Of a stretch of DNA of 60,870 bases, positions 49,773-58,402 are shown one piece after another (the first letter of the stretch is position 1; the number at the start of each line of letters is the position of its first letter). Position numbers and translations under genes: made by a program. The DNA is from Thermoplasmata archaeon (GTDB taxonomy: Archaea; Thermoplasmatota; Thermoplasmata; Thermoplasmatales; GCA-001856825): assembly GCA_023256615.1 (NCBI GenBank), contig JAGDXO010000020.1, positions 3,587 through 64,456 of the forward strand. Direction: 5' to 3'. The notes under the pieces are model-generated. The model saw nothing but the letters and a program-made list of their open reading frames with translations. It did no database searches and had not been told where the DNA came from.

Positions 49773-50294
49773 ATGAATGAAGCATATCCAAATGTAAGGG
49801 TACCTAAGTACAGGGCTATCGCGACCTTTCTTAAAATACCACTGGAGGACGAAAAATTTGAAACATTGATTAAACAGGTAAATGAAAATAAGGAAGATGG
49901 AATAGTTATGATAAAAATTGGGGATAGGGAAGTATGTTCCTTAAGGATTGAGGGAAAAAAGGTCTTCATCAATGAGATCATAGATGAGACCAAAAATGAA
50001 CTTGATGTTATCAATCAATTTCCAGTAAGCCATAGGGTGGTATTGAGGTCATTGATAATGAAGTATATTGAATCTCTCCAGGAAGATATCATTGAAGACT
50101 CTGATTTCCTCAAATTGGTAAAGGGAGATAATAAAGAGATTGATGAGGACAATCTTAAGTTTATACTTAATGTATGGGGAAGATTCTGGGAAGTTAGAAC
50201 CAGGTTCAGAGGAGATTCAAATGACGGGATATATATAATAAGAGAGAGGGATGTGTATGATGAAAATGATAAAAATACATTAAATATTCATTAA
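49773..50294 (+). CDS. Hypothetical protein
   Basis: 173-aa ORF with host-like codon usage; no recognised motif. Confidence 0.65.
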   Translation: MNEAYPNVRVPKYRAIATFLKIPLEDEKFETLIKQVNENKEDGIVMIKIGDREVCSLRIEGKKVFINEIIDETKNELDVINQFPVSHRVVLRSLIMKYIESLQEDIIEDSDFLKLVKGDNKEIDEDNLKFILNVWGRFWEVRTRFRGDSNDGIYIIRERDVYDENDKNTLNIH

Positions 50295-51553
50295 TTTTTG
50301 TTCCTTATTCCGTTTAATATTTCTAATGCAACATCTGCTCTGATTGCCTTTCTTTTAATCATCTCTTCAGCTACTTTGTCTATTTCACTACCAGTAGCGC
50401 CAGCAGATATAGCAACGTTTCTTGCGTGAAGTTCCATATGGCCTTTTTGGATTCCTTCCATTGCGAGAGCTCTTATAGCTGCAAAGTTCTGTGCTAATCC
50501 TACTGAAGCCAGTACATTGGAGAACTCCTTTGCCGAGTCAACCCTTAAAATTTTTCTCATTATTTTAGCCTTTGGATGCGATGCAGTGGCTCCTCCAACT
50601 ATCCCCACTGCCATTGGTATTTCTATTGAGCCTACAAGATCACCATCTTCATTCTTTTCCCATTTTGTAATAGATGTATAACCATTCAATGCAGCATAGG
50701 CATGAGCACCAGCCTCTATGGCCCGCCAGTCGTTAGCAGTAGCCACCAAGACTGCATCAATACCATTCATTATGCCTTTATTGTGAGTTGTTGCCCTGTA
50801 AGGATCCAGAATTGCAAATTTATATGCTTCAATTATGCCGTTGACTGCGTCCTCACCTCCAATAGTTTCCTTATCGAATATGGCATAAGCTCTTGCTATC
50901 CTGTATGTAGCTAAATTGCTCAATATTCTCAATCTAACTTTTCCTTTTGATATCTGGGATATATATGGAGCAAGTGTTTCAGCCATTGTATTGACTGCAT
51001 TTGCGCCCATTGCATCCCTAACGTCGACAAGAAGATGTACAACTATCATTGGTTCCTTTTCATCCAGTACTCTTACTTCTATGTCTTTAGCGCCTCCTCC
51101 CAATTTTACAAGTACTGGATCCTGTCTGTTGGCTATTTCAATTAGGTCCTTTTTCTTCTCCAAAATCCTGAACTTGGCCCCAAAAGGATCGCTCATGCCG
51201 CTAACCTCTATCTGACCGATCATTATGGGTTCTGATGATACCGCCTTGAATCCTCCTTTAACTCGTGCCATCTTTGCGGCATTGGAAGCTGCGGCAACTA
51301 CACTTGGTTCCTCTATTGCCATAGGTATAAGATAATCCTTATCATTTATCAGAAAATTAACGGCAATTCCTATCGGTATCTCCATTACGCTTATGACGTT
51401 TTCAATCATGTGGTCTGCAAGATTCTCTCCTAGACCTCCCATATTCCTTAGTAGTGAAATTTCCTCCTCTGTTAGATCTGAGAATTTCTTAAGGAACTCT
51501 CTCCTTTCCTCAAGATTTAATTTATAAAATCCAGGTATATTTGATCCTGTCAT
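50291..51553 (-). CDS. mvaA: HMG-CoA reductase, class II
   Basis: ENVI, EEPSVVAA, DAMGAN, RATTHNKG, GHM.LH. Confidence 0.95.
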   Translation of the reverse strand: MTGSNIPGFYKLNLEERREFLKKFSDLTEEEISLLRNMGGLGENLADHMIENVISVMEIPIGIAVNFLINDKDYLIPMAIEEPSVVAAASNAAKMARVKGGFKAVSSEPIMIGQIEVSGMSDPFGAKFRILEKKKDLIEIANRQDPVLVKLGGGAKDIEVRVLDEKEPMIVVHLLVDVRDAMGANAVNTMAETLAPYISQISKGKVRLRILSNLATYRIARAYAIFDKETIGGEDAVNGIIEAYKFAILDPYRATTHNKGIMNGIDAVLVATANDWRAIEAGAHAYAALNGYTSITKWEKNEDGDLVGSIEIPMAVGIVGGATASHPKAKIMRKILRVDSAKEFSNVLASVGLAQNFAAIRALAMEGIQKGHMELHARNVAISAGATGSEIDKVAEEMIKRKAIRADVALEILNGIRNKN

Positions 51554-51609
51554 ACTTTCATTATGAAGGATTTGAATAAAGATTTATCTAAAAATAATAT
51601 AACAATAAA

Positions 51610-52095
51610 ATGATTTCCTCTACACCCCTAATAGTTCATAAAAATGAGGATGATCCGAAGAAATGCACAGCGAGAAAGTTAAAGAGACTTAATCTTGCTG
51701 AATTTATAGGGTTTATACCTAGAAGTGCCATAGTTCTTTATCCTGATTCAGAGATCAGGATTTCTAAGAATGATTCTTCCTTCAGGTATCTTCTAGCAAT
51801 GGATGTTTCCTGGAAAAATATAGAAAATTATTCATTTAAGGGATATCAGGTAAGGTCTCTTCCTTACCTTTTAGCTGCCAACCCGGTTAATTATGGAAAA
51901 CCTTATAAATTATCTACTGCCGAGGCTATAGCAGCTGCATATTACATTATGGACATGAAAGAAATTTCCTTGAAAATTTTAAATGTTTTTTCATGGGGCA
52001 TCCAGTTCCTGAATCTAAATAGAAACCCGCTAGAGGATTATGCTAAAGCTAGTAATTCAGATGAGATTAAAAAAATTGAATTGGAATATATCTAA
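51610..52095 (+). CDS. tsr3: 16S rRNA aminocarboxypropyltransferase Tsr3
   Basis: DPKKCT, DVSW, RSLPYLLAANPVNYG..KLSTAEA, FSWG..FL.LN. Confidence 0.92.
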   Translation: MISSTPLIVHKNEDDPKKCTARKLKRLNLAEFIGFIPRSAIVLYPDSEIRISKNDSSFRYLLAMDVSWKNIENYSFKGYQVRSLPYLLAANPVNYGKPYKLSTAEAIAAAYYIMDMKEISLKILNVFSWGIQFLNLNRNPLEDYAKASNSDEIKKIELEYI

Positions 52096-53471
52096 TTCCA
52101 TTCTCCATTCTTTAATTTCGTGATTCCGTTTGTATAATGCTTCATTATATTCATCAATTTATCTTTAAAATCTTCTGGAATATAATTAGAATCGCAACAT
52201 TCAATGCAGTCATGAATTTTCTCAATGTGTTCATGAGGTTTTCCCACTTTCCCATTGCTCAATTTAAACATTGAGTGTTCTCTTTCATCATCATCCAGTC
52301 TATACAGCCTGTCCTTGTAATTATTTTTAAAATCATCTATATCCTCTTTTTTGTATTTAATAAGTGCAGGATCTATTGAGTTTGCTAGTAAGAATAGGAG
52401 AACTCCGTTGCATTTGCTGCATTTTCCACACGGTACTATATTGCCGCCCTCATAATGGCAACTGTGACATGATCTTTGAAGGGCAGCTATTTCTGGATAT
52501 CTGCTGAAAAGGATTCTCTCTTCCACATATCCGGATATGCCCCTGACCGCTGAAAAAAATATGGTGTTAAATTCCTTTATCTTGAAATATTCTGTGATCT
52601 TTTTATCAAATTCCATAGTCTGATCATATATACCGTAGAAATGCCTTATACCATTTTCTGGTTTCATATTTCTGGGATCGTCAAATTCATCTCCTTTCAT
52701 AACGTAAGAAATTCTTAACGCTCGAATATATGGCAATATTGTAAATATGTATACTGGAAATATAAACAATTGGATGGGGTATGTATCCGACCACATTTTT
52801 AATGCTCTTTCATTTAGCGCACTCACCCTTAGGTTCATTTCTCTATAGAATCGGTCTACCGTAGTCCAAGCTCTAATGGTATTCGGATCATTTTTCATCA
52901 TGTAATCATAAGCGGTTTTTGCAGTTCTCCAATGACCACCTGACTCATTTACATATATTGGAAAAACTTCTGATCCTATTTCTTTCATCATACCGTAGGT
53001 AAGAAGACTTTCCTTTCCTCCACTTGATAAAATTGCAACAGATCCGCCACCTTTTATCGGTTTTTTAACATCTGAAAATTTGAACTTCATATTAGGGATA
53101 TATTCTGCCTCTTCTTTATCAGGTTTATCTGGTAATAATTCTTTCTTGAAAAATTCAGGCCTCTTTATTAGCTTGTTTACGTATACCTCCGTGCTGTTAA
53201 TTCTCATCATTTCTTGAAAAAAATTATAGTCTTCCTTGTCAACTGGAAATTCAGCCTCTATTTCTCTGGTAAAAAGGGAATAATTAACCAGTGGCGCTAT
53301 TGAAATCAATCTTGCATCCTCTACTTCTATATCCAAAGGTCTTGAATATTTGATGAGTAGCTCACTAATTTCCCCATCAACCACATAACTTATTTTTATT
53401 TTACTCTTTGATATTTCTGGTTCCTTGATTGTAATATTGTTTATTGATACATACTTCCCTTCTTTATTCAA
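52092..53471 (-). CDS. PP-loop (N-type ATP pyrophosphatase) protein with Cys-rich Zn site, MurL/QueC-like
   Basis: SSGGKES and RSCHSC...PCGKCSKC. Confidence 0.65.
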   Translation of the reverse strand: MNKEGKYVSINNITIKEPEISKSKIKISYVVDGEISELLIKYSRPLDIEVEDARLISIAPLVNYSLFTREIEAEFPVDKEDYNFFQEMMRINSTEVYVNKLIKRPEFFKKELLPDKPDKEEAEYIPNMKFKFSDVKKPIKGGGSVAILSSGGKESLLTYGMMKEIGSEVFPIYVNESGGHWRTAKTAYDYMMKNDPNTIRAWTTVDRFYREMNLRVSALNERALKMWSDTYPIQLFIFPVYIFTILPYIRALRISYVMKGDEFDDPRNMKPENGIRHFYGIYDQTMEFDKKITEYFKIKEFNTIFFSAVRGISGYVEERILFSRYPEIAALQRSCHSCHYEGGNIVPCGKCSKCNGVLLFLLANSIDPALIKYKKEDIDDFKNNYKDRLYRLDDDEREHSMFKLSNGKVGKPHEHIEKIHDCIECCDSNYIPEDFKDKLMNIMKHYTNGITKLKNGEWN

Positions 53472-54501
53472 TCTTTTCCACCACTTCAGCCAATTTTGTT
53501 ATTTCATTAAGTGGCTCAATAACAGGTATTCCATATTTGGTTTCATATTCTTTCTTGATTTTATCTATTTCATTCTTTGTCATTTTTTCAGTGTTCAAGG
53601 TTATTGCTACTACCTTTTTCCCAGAAAGTAATTGTAATATTGTAATTACCCTTCCCACATCAGGCATGGGATAATTTTCAAATCCATCAAGGAACTTCCT
53701 TCCAGGGGCGTCTTGAAGTATAATTGCATCTGGTCTTCCTGCTGCAATTATTTCGAAGCTGCCTGGATAGGCTGGATGAACAACGGAGCCCTGACCTTCC
53801 AGCAGAATGAAATCTGGTCTCCTTTCCTCCCAGGCCCTAACTACTTCGTGCTCTATTGCTCCTGCTACGAAATCATTAATTGTTGCATCTATAACAGTTC
53901 CATATTCAACTCCCTGCATCCATGCTGTCTGTCCAGTTCCAATCATTTCTGCCTTTTTTCCACGTTTTTGAAGCTCTTTCCACAGCAGAATAGTAGTGGT
54001 CCTCTTTCCAATTGCACTGTCAGTCCCGAGAATTGCTATTTTTTTAGCTCTTACTTCCTCTATTTTACCCGTGAATGGGAACTTCCTGTCTCTGAAAATT
54101 TTTCTGACATCTATTAATTCTACTCCTTTTTCATTCGCTAATTTTGAAATTTCAGGGTCCTCAGATAGAAATTCATGCAGACCGTTTACCACACCGAGAC
54201 CTTTGTTTATCGCATCTATGATAATTTTCCTGTATTCTGGAGGCAAATAACCGCCATCTGTTGCTGCCCCTATCGCAATGTATTTTGGTGAATAGATCAT
54301 TGCCTCTTCTAGCTTTGTAACTATGGGAATATTCTTTTTCCTTCCCTCAAGAAATTCTCCTGCGTCTCTTCCAGCCAGCTTGGAATCGATGACAGCAACT
54401 ACCTGATATCTCCCAGAATACCTCACCAGACCATGAGCAGTTTTACCATAAGTGCTCCCAAATACACCTTCTGCGAGTACCACTATCTTATCCATTATCA
54501 A
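53464..54501 (-). CDS. DUF1611-family protein (DgcN D-glutamate N-acetyltransferase homolog)
   Basis: KTAHGL, NGLH, GTDSAIGKRTT, TGQT, DFVAGAIE, EGQGS. Confidence 0.85.
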   Translation of the reverse strand: MIMDKIVVLAEGVFGSTYGKTAHGLVRYSGRYQVVAVIDSKLAGRDAGEFLEGRKKNIPIVTKLEEAMIYSPKYIAIGAATDGGYLPPEYRKIIIDAINKGLGVVNGLHEFLSEDPEISKLANEKGVELIDVRKIFRDRKFPFTGKIEEVRAKKIAILGTDSAIGKRTTTILLWKELQKRGKKAEMIGTGQTAWMQGVEYGTVIDATINDFVAGAIEHEVVRAWEERRPDFILLEGQGSVVHPAYPGSFEIIAAGRPDAIILQDAPGRKFLDGFENYPMPDVGRVITILQLLSGKKVVAITLNTEKMTKNEIDKIKKEYETKYGIPVIEPLNEITKLAEVVEKIE

Positions 54502-55442
54502 GCCCTGCCAGTTATTACCGCAACATATAAATTTTCCTCAGGAAATTTTATTGTGTTCTTAATTGCCTCAAGAGGCGCTGTACTAGCTGGAAGCACGTTC
54601 AATCCTATTTCTTTTTTTATCAGGCGTTTGTAGTATATCATTTTGTTATCTGAAATATATTCCGCAAATCCATTTGATTCCCTTATTGCCTTTAACCCTA
54701 TTTCACCATCATATGCATGAGATGCAATTAACGGTTCATTTATTGATGACTCGACAAGACTCTCAGGTTTCAGGTCCCTCAATTGAGACTTATCCTTGAA
54801 GGCCTTGACGATAGGATTACCACCAGTAGTGCTGGCACCTAACATCCTAGGGATTTTGTCTGTGAGACCAGCCTTTTTTAAATTTAGGAAACCTATGTAT
54901 ATGCCTGCAAGCGTTGTTCCATTTCCTACCGGAACTGCCACAGCATCTGGAGCCCTGCCGAATTGCTGAAATAACTCGTAAGAGATCCTTGAATATGCTT
55001 CATAGCTGAGGTCTGTAGTTGCGTTTCCAGGATTTGCGTCATACCAGTTGTTGTCATGGGCAATATCTCTGCTCATTTCCACTGCATCTTCGTATGCCCC
55101 TGATACCTCATTGACAATGGCCCCATTTTGCCTCATCACTTCAACCTTTGGAGTATGGTATCTCTCGGGGACAAATACTTCTGCCTTCAAACCAAAAAGT
55201 CTTGAATAATAGGACATAGCAATTCCATAGTTACCGCAAGTACCTATCGATACTGTATCATACCCTTTCTCAATTGCATACTTCACATGTCTTAAGGCAG
55301 CCCTATCCTTATGAGTACCTGATGGGTTTACACCTTCAAATTTCAAAAAAATTTTCTTGAAGGAGAAGAGCTGCTCTAAATACTTGGCACGGAAAACAGG
55401 CGTGCCACCTGGATCAGAATCTTCGCTCGCTTCTTCCATCAA
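54498..55442 (-). CDS. PLP-dependent fold-type II enzyme (threonine synthase-like)
   Basis: KFEGVNPSGTHKDR (PLP Lys), GTCGNYG, PVGNGTT, ITG. Confidence 0.85.
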   Translation of the reverse strand: MMEEASEDSDPGGTPVFRAKYLEQLFSFKKIFLKFEGVNPSGTHKDRAALRHVKYAIEKGYDTVSIGTCGNYGIAMSYYSRLFGLKAEVFVPERYHTPKVEVMRQNGAIVNEVSGAYEDAVEMSRDIAHDNNWYDANPGNATTDLSYEAYSRISYELFQQFGRAPDAVAVPVGNGTTLAGIYIGFLNLKKAGLTDKIPRMLGASTTGGNPIVKAFKDKSQLRDLKPESLVESSINEPLIASHAYDGEIGLKAIRESNGFAEYISDNKMIYYKRLIKKEIGLNVLPASTAPLEAIKNTIKFPEENLYVAVITGRA

Positions 55443-55446
55443 ATTT

Positions 55447-55472
55447 ACCTAGTCCTCCTTAGAGGTCAAGGC
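55447..55472 (-). promoter_or_regulatory. Leader hairpin sequestering the GGAGG Shine-Dalgarno sequence
   Basis: Minus strand GCCTTGACCTC-TAAG-GAGGACTAGGT: 9 of 11 stem positions pair; ends 4 nt before the TTG start. Confidence 0.45.
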
Positions 55473-55593
55473 TATGAGTTAATTATTCTATAAAAATATT
55501 TTGAATGTAGAATTTTCAAGATCCCGGAATTTCCAGTGGAAAATGATGTAATTCAATTGTATGGGAAAAAGATATGTGTTACAATAAAATAAT

Positions 55594-56031
55594 GTGTTAA
55601 TGTTTGAAATCCTCGTCAGACTGAAAAACTCACCCTCTGGTCAGGACCTCGACCTTACCCTTTTTGAGTTCCTATCTGATATTGGCTATATAGAAGAAAG
55701 AGGAAGTAATCTTTATCCAGGGATAAAACAAAGTATACCGTTCAGGCTTTTCAAGGAATGCTTTCTAGAGAGGTCCGATAAGGTTTGGCCCGTTAATGAA
55801 CTGCTTGTCTATCTGAATACTTCTAAACCAACTTTATACAGATATCTTAACCGGCTAAAGTCTCTGGATATAATACAGGAAGTTCAGCTTGGTAAAGAAA
55901 AAGGTTATGTTTTAAGATACAATTCACTTTCCCTAGCCTGGAATTTCGTGGAGTCAAATGTAAAGATTGCCATGGACAATTACAGGAGGACTATTGAAAG
56001 TATACAGAAAATGGTTGGTGAAAAAAAATGA
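55594..56031 (+). CDS. Winged-helix transcriptional regulator
   Basis: HTH VNELLVYLNTSKPTLYRYLNRLKSLDII. Confidence 0.75.
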   Translation: MLMFEILVRLKNSPSGQDLDLTLFEFLSDIGYIEERGSNLYPGIKQSIPFRLFKECFLERSDKVWPVNELLVYLNTSKPTLYRYLNRLKSLDIIQEVQLGKEKGYVLRYNSLSLAWNFVESNVKIAMDNYRRTIESIQKMVGEKK

Positions 56032-56285
56032 TTACTCAATTGACAAAAGGCTCAAGATATAAAATTATTTCAGCAAGTTCAACAGATGAGAATTTTACGA
56101 CAGAGGGTATTTTGGAAGGTTTTATAACTATGGGTGAAGAACCAGCACTTCTAATCAGTATGACAGATGAGGAAAAGAGGAAGCTGAGAATAATTCCAGT
56201 TAATGCAATTCTTATGATAGATATAATAGAGCATAACGAAGAAAAAGAGAAAGAGGATAAAGGGGATACAAGTTATATAAGTTGA
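56028..56285 (+). CDS. Small hypothetical protein, possibly Sm/LSm-like beta fold
   Basis: EGILEGF and RIIPVNAILMID pattern; ATGA overlap with the regulator. Confidence 0.65.
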   Translation: MITQLTKGSRYKIISASSTDENFTTEGILEGFITMGEEPALLISMTDEEKRKLRIIPVNAILMIDIIEHNEEKEKEDKGDTSYIS

Positions 56286-56782
56286 AATTTCTTCAACTCT
56301 TCATAAATAGGTCCCTTCGGAGTGAGGATTGATTTAAAAAGGGAAAAATGGTCTACTTTCTGTTTTAAGAAGTATTTATTTTTGTATTCGTCAATAATAT
56401 TCTTCAGATCTGCGTAATTTCTGATTCTTAATAAAGTAATATGGGGAGTGAATGGATGATCCCTGCTTATTTCCTTTGTAGCTATGTCTGTTTCATCTGC
56501 AAGGCTACTAAGAATATCTTCAGGAAAAGCCCTTAAAAATAATATTCTCGCTTTTCTTTCATTTGGGAATGCACCCATTCCCCGAAGTTCAAGATCAAAG
56601 CTTTTAAATTTTATTAATTCCAGGGAGCTTATAATTTTGCTTGGATCCATAACTTCACCTAAAAATTTTAGAGTTAAATGTATATTTTCCACCCCTACAG
56701 CTTTTCCATAGGTTCCCAATTTAGATAATATATCGTATAATTCAGGGTTAGGAACTATTTTTATTGCAATGAATAGACGCAT
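56273..56782 (-). CDS. thpR: RNA 2',3'-cyclic phosphodiesterase (2H phosphoesterase)
   Basis: MRLFIAI, HLTL.FLG, FTPHITL.R, S.LTPKGP.Y. Confidence 0.93.
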   Translation of the reverse strand: MRLFIAIKIVPNPELYDILSKLGTYGKAVGVENIHLTLKFLGEVMDPSKIISSLELIKFKSFDLELRGMGAFPNERKARILFLRAFPEDILSSLADETDIATKEISRDHPFTPHITLLRIRNYADLKNIIDEYKNKYFLKQKVDHFSLFKSILTPKGPIYEELKKFQLI

Positions 56783-56821
56783 AATATATGATAGAAACGT
56801 ATAGCAAAATTTTTTTCCTCA

Positions 56822-57214
56822 ATGTTATTCACAATTATGATCGTGAAAGATGGTCTCTTCTACACAAAAACTCACGAGTGGGTAAAGCTTGAGGGAGACG
56901 TAGCTACAATAGGAATCACTGATTTTGCCCAGAACCAGCTTACAGATATTGTATATGTTGATCTTCCTAAGATAGGAGCCATGCTTAAAGCTGGAGATGT
57001 TGCTGGAACAGTTGAAAGTGTTAAATCGGCTGAGGATTTTTATTCTCCTTTAACCGGCAAAGTCACTGATGTCAATAAAACCCTCGAAAAAACCCCCGAA
57101 GCCATAAACAAGGATGCTTACTCTGCTTGGCTTTACAAAATGAAAGTCAGTAATCCCTCTGAAGTCAATTCCATGATGAAGAAGGAGGATTACGAGAAAT
57201 TTATTAAAAAATGA
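56822..57214 (+). CDS. gcvH: Glycine cleavage system H (lipoyl carrier) protein
   Basis: HEWV, GITDFAQ, lipoyl-Lys VESVKS; probable start ATG 56837. Confidence 0.93.
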   Translation: MLFTIMIVKDGLFYTKTHEWVKLEGDVATIGITDFAQNQLTDIVYVDLPKIGAMLKAGDVAGTVESVKSAEDFYSPLTGKVTDVNKTLEKTPEAINKDAYSAWLYKMKVSNPSEVNSMMKKEDYEKFIKK

Positions 57215-57219
57215 AGTAG

Positions 57220-57819
57220 ATGTCCTGGATCCAGAAAAGAAGATCTGATTCGTACTATCAGAAAGCAAAAAAAGAGGGATTTAGAAGTAGGGCTTCATAT
57301 AAATTGATACAGATAAACGAGAAGTTTAATTTAATCAAGAATGGAAGGAAAATACTGGATCTGGGTGCTTCTCCAGGAGGTTGGAGCCAAGTAATTGCTT
57401 CTCTAAATCAGGATGGTTTAAATGTAGCGGTGGATATTATACCAATGCCCCCTCTCTCCGGAGTTATTTTTTTAAAAGCGGACATATTTTCACCTGATAT
57501 TGGAGAAAAATTGTTAAATAAATCAGAATTTGGCTATGACCTGATATTATCAGATATTCTTATGCATACCTCTGGTGACAAGTCAATTGATCACGCAAAC
57601 TCGTATTTTATATTGAAAAGAATTTTAGAAATTAGCAACATGGTCCTAAATGAGAATGGGAAAGTACTTGCCAAAATGCTGCAAGGTGATCTAACTGAAA
57701 ATATAAAGCAGGAATATTCAAAGCAATTCAGGAGGGTTAGAATAACTAAGCCCCCATCATCTTTGCCTAGTTCTCCTGAAATTTATATTCTGGCAGAAGG
57801 GTTTTCAAAAAAGCAGTAA
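57220..57819 (+). CDS. rlmE: 23S rRNA Um2552 methyltransferase RlmE/FtsJ
   Basis: FRSRASYKL, DLGASPGGWSQ, SD, K, KP.SS...S.E.Y. Confidence 0.93.
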   Translation: MSWIQKRRSDSYYQKAKKEGFRSRASYKLIQINEKFNLIKNGRKILDLGASPGGWSQVIASLNQDGLNVAVDIIPMPPLSGVIFLKADIFSPDIGEKLLNKSEFGYDLILSDILMHTSGDKSIDHANSYFILKRILEISNMVLNENGKVLAKMLQGDLTENIKQEYSKQFRRVRITKPPSSLPSSPEIYILAEGFSKKQ

Positions 57820-58402
57820 CTCCATTCAATCTTTCAACATCTATTATAACTATTGTATCTATATTCAAATTTTTTACAATAGCTTCAGCCATGAATTTCT
57901 CTCTCTCCCTTTCCATTTTAAGGTAACCTCTTCTATTAACATACTTATCCCAATCATTACTGAATGATTCGGGATCTGAGAGATTCCATCTCCTCTTGAT
58001 CAATCTTTTCTTTTTTAGACTCAGCAATATAATATCAAAAATACTCACATTTTCAACAAATAGATCTTCATATTGACCTGATGGTATATCTATCCCCCTG
58101 ATTATCAGGTTATTATTATCTGCATATTCAATAGCTTTTATAAATGCCTCTGGTGGGATAGATGTTTCCCCAAAATTTCTCATATGATATTCATAAATAA
58201 TTTCGATATCATCCATCTCAATTTCGTAAGGATGTTTCAAGAAGTCCCTGAGACCTTCTACCTCCTCGTCAGTAATTGATATCAAAATTTGTTTGAAATT
58301 ACCTTTTTTAATCTCTTCCTCAACTATTTCACCATAATTTTTTAATCCCTTTACAATTCCGACTATTTCGAGCGTGAATTGCCCTTCAATCTTTAGCTTC
58401 AA
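57767..58402 (-). CDS. Hypothetical protein, possibly degenerate TraB/GumN-like fold
   Basis: IVG..KGL, IRGIDI, EREKFMA..I pattern; ATGA-coupled to the upstream regulator. Confidence 0.65.
   Translation of the reverse strand: MKLKIEGQFTLEIVGIVKGLKNYGEIVEEEIKKGNFKQILISITDEEVEGLRDFLKHPYEIEMDDIEIIYEYHMRNFGETSIPPEAFIKAIEYADNNNLIIRGIDIPSGQYEDLFVENVSIFDIILLSLKKKRLIKRRWNLSDPESFSNDWDKYVNRRGYLKMEREREKFMAEAIVKNLNIDTIVIIDVERLNGVTAFLKTLLPEYKFQEN

Noticed and set aside
52092-53471. Assigning queC or a QatC-type defence role
   Set aside because: About twice QueC length, SGGKES variant, and no queD/queE or qatA/B/D neighbours
54498-55442. Assigning thrC to the PLP enzyme
   Set aside because: GTCGN motif, short N-terminus, no hom/thrB nearby and DUF1611 context argue against a confident threonine synthase call
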